The notes below the pieces were generated by a model. The model was not told where the DNA came from. It was given only the letters and a program-made list of their open reading frames with translations, and did not search any database. A program made the translations under genes and the position numbers. Shown piece by piece: positions 32,746 through 37,723 of a stretch of 37,723 bases of DNA (the stretch's first letter is position 1; each line of letters opens with the position of its first letter). Source of the stretch: Anaerolineales bacterium (lineage in GTDB: Bacteria; Chloroflexota; Anaerolineae; Anaerolineales; UBA6663); assembly GCA_052387475.1 (NCBI GenBank), contig JBQTJD010000018.1, positions 1 to 37,723 of the forward strand. Direction: 5' to 3'.

Positions 32746-32810
32746 ATTTCTGATTGCTGATTGAGAGCGATGTGACTCAAATCCGCAATCCAAAATCTAA
32801 AATCAGAAAT
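32746..32810. repeat. Junction palindromic element linking the OMT stop to the next start codon
   Basis: ATTTCTGATT (32746-32755) and AATCAGAAAT (32801-32810) are 10/10 complementary, and the arms extend as tandem CTGATT/AATC units. The OMT stop TGA is at 32741-32743. The ATG of the next gene (32809-32811) overlaps the right arm. Confidence 0.65.
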
Positions 32811-33696
32811 GCCCGTTCGCGTCCTTGCCCTCATCCACAATCCGCGTATTCCTTTTGAGCACAATCGCAAACTGAACGAAGTGCTCGGGTGGAACGACCC
32901 CGATGACCTTGCGCGCCGCTACCTCGCCGACGTGCGCGAGTGCAGCTACGGCCAGGCCGACTTTGAAATCGTCGAGCGCATCGAAGTGGACGGCTTCCCG
33001 GTCAAAGCCGATGGCTTCGCGTACACACCGGAGACCTACCTGCGCTGCTGGCGTTTGCGCTCCGGTTTTCATCAACCCGATGGCGTGGACTATCACCACT
33101 TGCTCGACGAGTTCGACATCGTGCCGCGCATCAACAGCGGCGCGCTGGATGAGGTGTGGCTGTTCGGCTTTCCGTACGCCGGCTATTACGAATCCATCAT
33201 GGTCGGGCCGGGGGCGGTGTTTTGCAACGCGCCGCCGCTGGAACGGCGCGATGCGCAGCGGCGCTTCATTGTGATGGGCTTCAATTACGAGCGCGGCGTT
33301 GGCGAGATGTTGGAGGATTTGGGCCACCGCGCTGAATCGATTCTGAGCCATGTCTTTCGGGATACGCGCGGCGAGGCGAATCTGTGGGAGCGGTTCACGC
33401 GCTACGATAAGACTCATCCAGGCCGCGCGGAATGCGGCAACGTGCACTTTGCGCCGAACAGCGAAAGGGACTACGACTGGGGCAATCCGCGTTTCGTGGT
33501 GAGCGGATGCGAAGCCTGGTTGCAATTTCCCGACCTCAGCGCCACACGCCGCCGCGTCAACACCGCCGAGTGGGGTGGGGGAGACATCCGCCAGCATCAC
33601 CTGTGGTGGTTCCGGCGCTTTCTGCATGTCGCCGGCCACAGCCACGGGATTTCGCACAATTGGTGGGAGTACGTCGTAAACCCCAACCGTCTCTGA
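32809..33696 (+). CDS. Conserved-looking soluble protein of unknown function (295 aa)
   Basis: This is a long ORF with non-repetitive composition, rich in His, Trp and Arg (for example HFAPNSERDYDWGNP, WGGGDIRQHHLWWFRRFLHVAGHSHGISHNWWEYV). It has no signal peptide or TM helix and no family motif I can name. Confidence 0.6.
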   Translation: MPVRVLALIHNPRIPFEHNRKLNEVLGWNDPDDLARRYLADVRECSYGQADFEIVERIEVDGFPVKADGFAYTPETYLRCWRLRSGFHQPDGVDYHHLLDEFDIVPRINSGALDEVWLFGFPYAGYYESIMVGPGAVFCNAPPLERRDAQRRFIVMGFNYERGVGEMLEDLGHRAESILSHVFRDTRGEANLWERFTRYDKTHPGRAECGNVHFAPNSERDYDWGNPRFVVSGCEAWLQFPDLSATRRRVNTAEWGGGDIRQHHLWWFRRFLHVAGHSHGISHNWWEYVVNPNRL

Positions 33697-33717
33697 CTTT
33701 TCGCGCCCCTGCGTGGA

Positions 33718-33726
33718 TGATACAAT
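33718..33726 (+). promoter_or_regulatory. Candidate extended -10 box (TGaTACAAT)
   Basis: TGATACAAT ends 18 nt before ATG 33745, which implies a very short leader without an SD. Confidence 0.3.
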
Positions 33727-33744
33727 CGCCGCAGTTTCCACGCC

Positions 33745-34125
33745 ATGACTTTGCCCCAACTCCACAACGGCCTGGCGAATGCTTGCACACTGTTTAGCCT
33801 CATCATCTTCGGTTACGGACTGCTGTCGTTTTTTCGCGGCAGCGGCGTCACCGGCGCCTATCTGGGCATCATCGCGGTCGGCGAGTTGCTCTTCATTGCA
33901 CAGATGGTCATTGGCATTGTGCTGTTCGCCGGAGCGCTCACCCCGGCGCGCGGCTGGGTGCACTACCTCTACGGAGTGGTTCTGGTGATTGCGTTGCCGG
34001 GCCTGTATGCCTTTGTGCGCGGCCATGACACCCGGCGCGAGGCGCTGATGTATGCGCTCATGGGCCTGTTTCTCGCGGGCATTTCGTTGCGGGCCGTGAG
34101 CACGGCGTTATATCGTTTGCCTTGA
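33745..34125 (+). CDS. Small integral membrane protein (four predicted TM helices), function unknown
   Basis: Four hydrophobic segments are visible: LFSLIIFGYGLLSFF, YLGIIAVGELLFIAQMVIGIVLFAG, YLYGVVLVIALPGLYAF and LMYALMGLFLAGISL. Confidence 0.6.
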   Translation: MTLPQLHNGLANACTLFSLIIFGYGLLSFFRGSGVTGAYLGIIAVGELLFIAQMVIGIVLFAGALTPARGWVHYLYGVVLVIALPGLYAFVRGHDTRREALMYALMGLFLAGISLRAVSTALYRLP

Positions 34126-34188
34126 GTGTCCCTGCTAGTATCCCGTTATAGTTGGCTTTCTTCCCCGCTATTCACAAGGAGATATGTT

Positions 34189-35799
34189 ATGAAGTCAAAT
34201 CGCATTTACGCCCTGATCGCCATGCCGGTCGTGTTAGCGCTGGCCACTATCGCTTGCGGCGGCGATGCCACGCCCGAGTCGCAGCCGACCAGCCCGCCCA
34301 AGCCCACCGTCACGCCGCCGGCGGCCACCCAGGCCTCCAGCTCAGGTGCGGTCACCAGCTTCCGCGACGCCAAACAGGCCGTGATTCAGATCGCCGCACA
34401 GGGCACGTTCTATGAGCCAGAAGCGGTGCAGGCAAACGCGAGTTGGTCCGGCTCCGGCTTCATCATTGATCCCTCCGGCGTCGCCGTGACGAACAATCAT
34501 GTCGTCACCGGAGCAGCCCGCATGAAAGTCTTCCTCGACGGACAGGAATATGATGCCAGGGTGCTGGGGGCTTCCGAATGCTGGGATCTGGCGGTGATAC
34601 AGATCGATGGCGACAGCTTCCCTTATTTGGAGGCGTTCTCCGGCGATGTGGAACCTGGCCTGGACGTATATACCGCCGGCTTCCCGTTGGGTGACCCGGA
34701 GTTCACACTCACGAAAGGCATTGTCTCGAAAGCCAAAGCGGATGGCGAATCAAGCTGGGCCTCGGTCGGCTCGGTGATCGAGCACGACGCCACCATCAAC
34801 CCCGGCAATTCGGGCGGCGCGTTGATTGACGAACAGGGGCGTGTGGTCGGCGTCAACTATGCCGGCAACGCAGGCACCAATCAATACTTCGCCATCAAAT
34901 TCCAGGATGCTGCTCGGGTTATTGAAGACCTGACGGATGGCAACGACGTCGATTCTATCGGCATCAACGGTCAGGCCCTTGTGTGGAACGATGGTCAGAA
35001 CACCGGCATCTGGGTGGCCTCGGTGAAATCCGGCTCGCCCGCCGACAAAGCCGGCGTGAAGGGTGGCGACATCCTCACGACGATGGAAGGCCTCAATCTT
35101 GCTCAAGGCGGGACGATGACCGAATACTGCGACATCATTCGCAGCCACAAGGCCACAGATACGCTGTCTATTGAAGTGCTGCGCTACGGCACCCAGGAAG
35201 TGCTGGCCGGGCAACTCAACGGGCGTGAACTGGCGGTGACGTATTCGTTCGCCGAGCAGTTGGGCAGTGATGTGGACACTACCACCACCAGCGGCTCGGG
35301 CACTAGCTATTCCAGCTATGTGCTGGTGCAGGATGAAACCGGCGCGATCCAAATGGAAGTTCCGCAGGAGTGGACCGATGTGAACGGCGCCAACTGGACG
35401 GATGACGGCGACGTGATCGGCGCGGCGATCAGCGCAGCGACCGATCTGGCAGCGTACAACGACCGTTGGGATGTGGCCGGCGTGTTCTTTGGCGTCACCG
35501 ACGACATCGCCAAACTCGGCGGGTATGTGCAGGTGCTCGACCTCCGGCGCGAAGACCTGACCGGTCTGTGCGAGTTTTCCAGCCGCAACGACTACGTCGA
35601 CTCGGCCTTTGAAGGCAAGTACGATGTCTTCACCGGCTGCGATGGCGCAGACAACGTGTACGTCGTGCTGGCTGCGCGTCCTATCAACAATCCCACTGCC
35701 TTCCTCGTTCTGCTTGAGGTCAACATCATGACCGATGCCGACCTCGAGGCGCTCGACCAGATCTATCAGACCTTCGACGTGGTGGGTTCGCTGCCGTAA
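34189..35799 (+). CDS. HtrA/DegP-like trypsin-family serine protease lipoprotein with PDZ domain and extra C-terminal domain
   Basis: AAGGAG lies 7 nt before ATG 34189. The lipobox is LATIACGG. The catalytic triad contexts are TNNHVV (His), DLAVIQI (Asp) and NPGNSGGALID (Ser). The PDZ region is WVASVKSGSPADKAGVKGGDILTTMEG. An unassigned C-terminal region of about 170 aa follows. Confidence 0.8.
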   Translation: MKSNRIYALIAMPVVLALATIACGGDATPESQPTSPPKPTVTPPAATQASSSGAVTSFRDAKQAVIQIAAQGTFYEPEAVQANASWSGSGFIIDPSGVAVTNNHVVTGAARMKVFLDGQEYDARVLGASECWDLAVIQIDGDSFPYLEAFSGDVEPGLDVYTAGFPLGDPEFTLTKGIVSKAKADGESSWASVGSVIEHDATINPGNSGGALIDEQGRVVGVNYAGNAGTNQYFAIKFQDAARVIEDLTDGNDVDSIGINGQALVWNDGQNTGIWVASVKSGSPADKAGVKGGDILTTMEGLNLAQGGTMTEYCDIIRSHKATDTLSIEVLRYGTQEVLAGQLNGRELAVTYSFAEQLGSDVDTTTTSGSGTSYSSYVLVQDETGAIQMEVPQEWTDVNGANWTDDGDVIGAAISAATDLAAYNDRWDVAGVFFGVTDDIAKLGGYVQVLDLRREDLTGLCEFSSRNDYVDSAFEGKYDVFTGCDGADNVYVVLAARPINNPTAFLVLLEVNIMTDADLEALDQIYQTFDVVGSLP

Positions 35800-35831
35800 A
35801 GGCATTGCACCGCAACACGTTTGGTGATACA

Positions 35832-35862
35832 CAATGGGTCACGCAGTCTGCGTGGCCCATTG
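35832..35862 (+). terminator. Hairpin downstream of the protease gene
   Basis: CAATGGGTCACGCAG (35832-35846) and CTGCGTGGCCCATTG (35848-35862) pair 14/15 plus one G-U. The U-tract (CACTTTAG) is weak. Confidence 0.4.
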
Positions 35863-35931
35863 CACTTTAGATAGGCTCACAACCCGCATCCTCGCGGTTG
35901 GGAGAGCCGTTAACTGAAAGGGAACTGACTC

Positions 35932-37011
35932 ATGACCGCTCGCACCGTCATTGTTTTGGAAGGCGACCAAACCGGGCAGGAGTTGTTGGAAGAAAGTCTG
36001 CGTGTGCTCGCGCCGGAGGTCACCGGTGTGCCGATGGAGTTCGTGCGCTACAACCTCTCGCTGGAGAATCGTCGCGCGACGAAGAACGGCGTGGTGCATG
36101 AGGCCGCCAGGGCGATGGCGCAGAGCGGTCTTGGATTGAAAGCCGCCACCATTACGCCTGATCAGAAGGGCGATGTCGGTTCCCCTAACGCCATCCTGCG
36201 CGAGGAGATTGACGGCAAGGTGATTTTGCGCACTGGCCGCCGCATCCCCGGCATTCGCCCGGTGGGTGGCGTGTACGCGCCGGTGGCCGTAGTGCGCATG
36301 GCGGTGGATGATGCCTATGGCGCGAAGGAGTGGCGTGAGGAGAAGGAGGGCGAGGAGTGGGCGTTCCGCACCGAGAAGATCAGCCGCACGACCTGCCGCG
36401 TCGTCACCGAGTTCGCCTTTCAATACGCGGAGAAAGCCAATGCCAAAGTTTTCGGCGGGCCCAAGTTCACGGTCAGCCCGGTCTATGAGGGCATGTTCAA
36501 AGAAGAGATGGACGCGGCCGCCAAGCGCCATCCGAAAGTGCGCTACGAGCCGCAGTTGATTGATGCAATGCTGGCGCTGCTGCTCGCCAGTTCCGGCGAG
36601 CCGCTGGTGCTGCCGTGCCTCAATCGCGACGGCGACCTCGTATCCGATCTTGTCTTGCAGATGTTCGGCACCATCGCCGGCTCTGAGTCGCTCGTCCTTG
36701 GCCTCGATCCGCAGACGCTCAAGGTCAACGCGGTCATGGCCGAGGCCCCGCACGGCACTGCGCCGGGATTGATGGGCAAGAACGTCGCCAACCCGATGGC
36801 GATGATCCTCGCCGGCGCAGCGCTGCTCACCTACTTCGATACTCCGGACGCTGACCGCGCCTCGCGCGCCATATATGAGTCGGTATTCGAGGCTGTGCAT
36901 CAAGGCTTCAAGACCGTTGATCTTGGCGGCCATGCCTCCACCACCGAGTTCGCCGGCGAGATCATCAATCGGGTGAAGACGAAACTGGAGGTGTGGGGGG
37001 CGTTGGGATAG
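35932..37011 (+). CDS. Isocitrate/isopropylmalate dehydrogenase family protein
   Basis: The segments IVLEGDQTGQELL, LKAATITPDQKGDVGSPNAILREEIDG and NRDGDLVSDLVLQMFG...APHGTAPGLMGKNVANPMAMILAG fit beta-decarboxylating dehydrogenases. The first two resemble type II NADP-IDH (GDEMTR, ATITPD, SPNGTIRN). Substrate is not assignable by eye. Confidence 0.7.
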   Translation: MTARTVIVLEGDQTGQELLEESLRVLAPEVTGVPMEFVRYNLSLENRRATKNGVVHEAARAMAQSGLGLKAATITPDQKGDVGSPNAILREEIDGKVILRTGRRIPGIRPVGGVYAPVAVVRMAVDDAYGAKEWREEKEGEEWAFRTEKISRTTCRVVTEFAFQYAEKANAKVFGGPKFTVSPVYEGMFKEEMDAAAKRHPKVRYEPQLIDAMLALLLASSGEPLVLPCLNRDGDLVSDLVLQMFGTIAGSESLVLGLDPQTLKVNAVMAEAPHGTAPGLMGKNVANPMAMILAGAALLTYFDTPDADRASRAIYESVFEAVHQGFKTVDLGGHASTTEFAGEIINRVKTKLEVWGALG

Positions 37012-37103
37012 AAACGTAATGCGTATGAAGTCGCGGCCTTGCACAGGCGTTGCGGCTTTCTTCTTATCCCCCCATTCCTAACACAATCTTTAAGGCCTAT
37101 ATC

Positions 37104-37132
37104 TTGTCCCTCGCTGTGACTCTCGCTACAAT
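37104..37132 (+). promoter_or_regulatory. Candidate sigma-70-type promoter of kamA
   Basis: The arrangement is TTGTCC (37104-37109), a 17-nt spacer, then TACAAT (37127-37132). It predicts a leader of about 155 nt. Confidence 0.4.
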
Positions 37133-37295
37133 GCGCGCAGATGAAGTTTCCGTTGTGTAAATGCTCCTCTCAATCGCAGTACGGGCCGCGCGTCGCCGGC
37201 TTCTTCCTGCCGGATCACGACCCGCCGGTCGTCCTTTCCTAATTTCCACGGCTCTCATCCTCCATTATTGGTATTTACCCGGAAAGGAATATCCT

Positions 37296-37723
37296 ATGAA
37301 AGCTAATCAATTTCGCAAGGCTCCGCGCGCCCGGTTCTACGCCGACGTGCCCGACGAAAAGTGGTTCGACTGGCGTTGGCAAATGTCCAACCGCCTCAAC
37401 ACTGTCGGCGAACTTGTGCAGGTGCTTGACCTCGGTAAGCGCGAGAAGAGGGCGCTCGAAGCCAAGAATCTCTTTCGTGTGGACATCACGCCGTACTTCG
37501 CCTCGCTGATTGACCCGAACGACCCGCACGACCCGATCCGCCAGCAGGTCATCCCGACCGACCGCGAGATGGTGCCCTTCACTTCGATGATGGAGGACTC
37601 GCTGGCCGAGGACCGCCACTCGCCGGTGCCCGGCCTGGTGCATCGTTACCCCGACCGTGTGTTGATGTTGATCACGACGCAATGCGCGTCGTACTGCCGC
37701 TACTGCACGCGCTCGCGCATCGT
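37296..37723 (+). CDS. kamA: Lysine 2,3-aminomutase (KamA family radical SAM), 5' partial, continues beyond the window
   Basis: This gene is not in the supplied ORF track because it has no stop in the window. My translation from ATG 37296 (GGAAAGGAA upstream) reads MKANQFRKAPRARFYADVPDEKWFDWRWQMSNRLNTV...FRVDITPYFASLIDPNDPHDPIRQQVIPT...SLAEDRHSPVPGLVHRYPDRVLMLITTQCASYCRYCTRSRI. It carries the radical SAM motif CxxxCxxC. Confidence 0.85.
   Translation, partial: MKANQFRKAPRARFYADVPDEKWFDWRWQMSNRLNTVGELVQVLDLGKREKRALEAKNLFRVDITPYFASLIDPNDPHDPIRQQVIPTDREMVPFTSMMEDSLAEDRHSPVPGLVHRYPDRVLMLITTQCASYCRYCTRSRI

Noticed and set aside
7416-32810. The possibility that the repeated hairpins represent a CRISPR array or a cluster of tRNA or other ncRNA genes.
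   Set aside because: The elements are inverted repeats, not regularly spaced direct repeats. They are scattered singly at gene junctions, differ in sequence, and lack tRNA features (no GTTCGAATC-type T-arm, no cloverleaf). No cas genes are present.
37012-37295. A lysine (L-box) riboswitch upstream of kamA.
   Set aside because: I could not find the conserved L-box core elements or its five-helix arrangement. Only generic hairpins and an anti-SD are visible, so it is reported as an uncharacterised leader instead.
1-37723. Mobile elements, prophage genes, toxin-antitoxin pairs, restriction-modification systems or known defence systems.
   Set aside because: No transposase, integrase, phage structural, nuclease/methylase pair or defence-signature motifs were recognised in any frame. 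The DUF4058 protein is the only member of a family sometimes suspected to be nuclease-like, and it stands alone without partners.

Overview
GC-rich bacterial chromosomal fragment. Gene content, frequent GTG/TTG starts and the repeat style suggest a Chloroflexota-like organism, but that is inference only. All product calls come from motifs read by eye in the supplied translations; no searches were run.

Layout:
1. 91-4305 (-): a 1404-aa exported GH140-like (DUF5060/DUF4038) protein carrying one CBM-like module and three malectin-like modules.
2. 4569-12554 (+): a System I cytochrome c maturation locus in the order ccmE | terminator | ccmF-ccmH-ccmI-like-diheme cytochrome c-ccmA-ccmB-ccmC-ccmD. 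Its CcmE is the Cys-type (CXXXY) variant.
3. 19613-12774 (-): a tightly packed seven-gene operon led by an ECF sigma/anti-sigma pair. It encodes only exported or lipid-anchored proteins: a dioxygenase-like/YceI fusion, a Kelch propeller, a frameshifted small anchored protein, a membrane cytochrome c and a beta-propeller lipoprotein. This is the best candidate here for an uncharacterised envelope system.
4. 19719-22960: saccharopine-dehydrogenase-family protein, MFS transporter and a DUF4058 protein.
5. 23157-30499 (+): a carotenoid cluster, crtI-crtB-fused lycopene cyclase-cruF-PlsY-like acyltransferase-GT2 glycosyltransferase-crtD. The crtD reading frame is broken twice.
6. 30557-37723: DUF1990-like protein, LURP-one/scramblase-like protein, O-methyltransferase, an unrecognised 295-aa protein, a small membrane protein, an HtrA-like protease, an isocitrate/isopropylmalate dehydrogenase family protein, and the 5' part of lysine 2,3-aminomutase running off the window.

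Superimposed on this are two families of palindromic repeats. One sits precisely on stop/start gene junctions and in three cases is translated. No tRNA, rRNA, CRISPR array, transposase or recognisable defence genes were seen.
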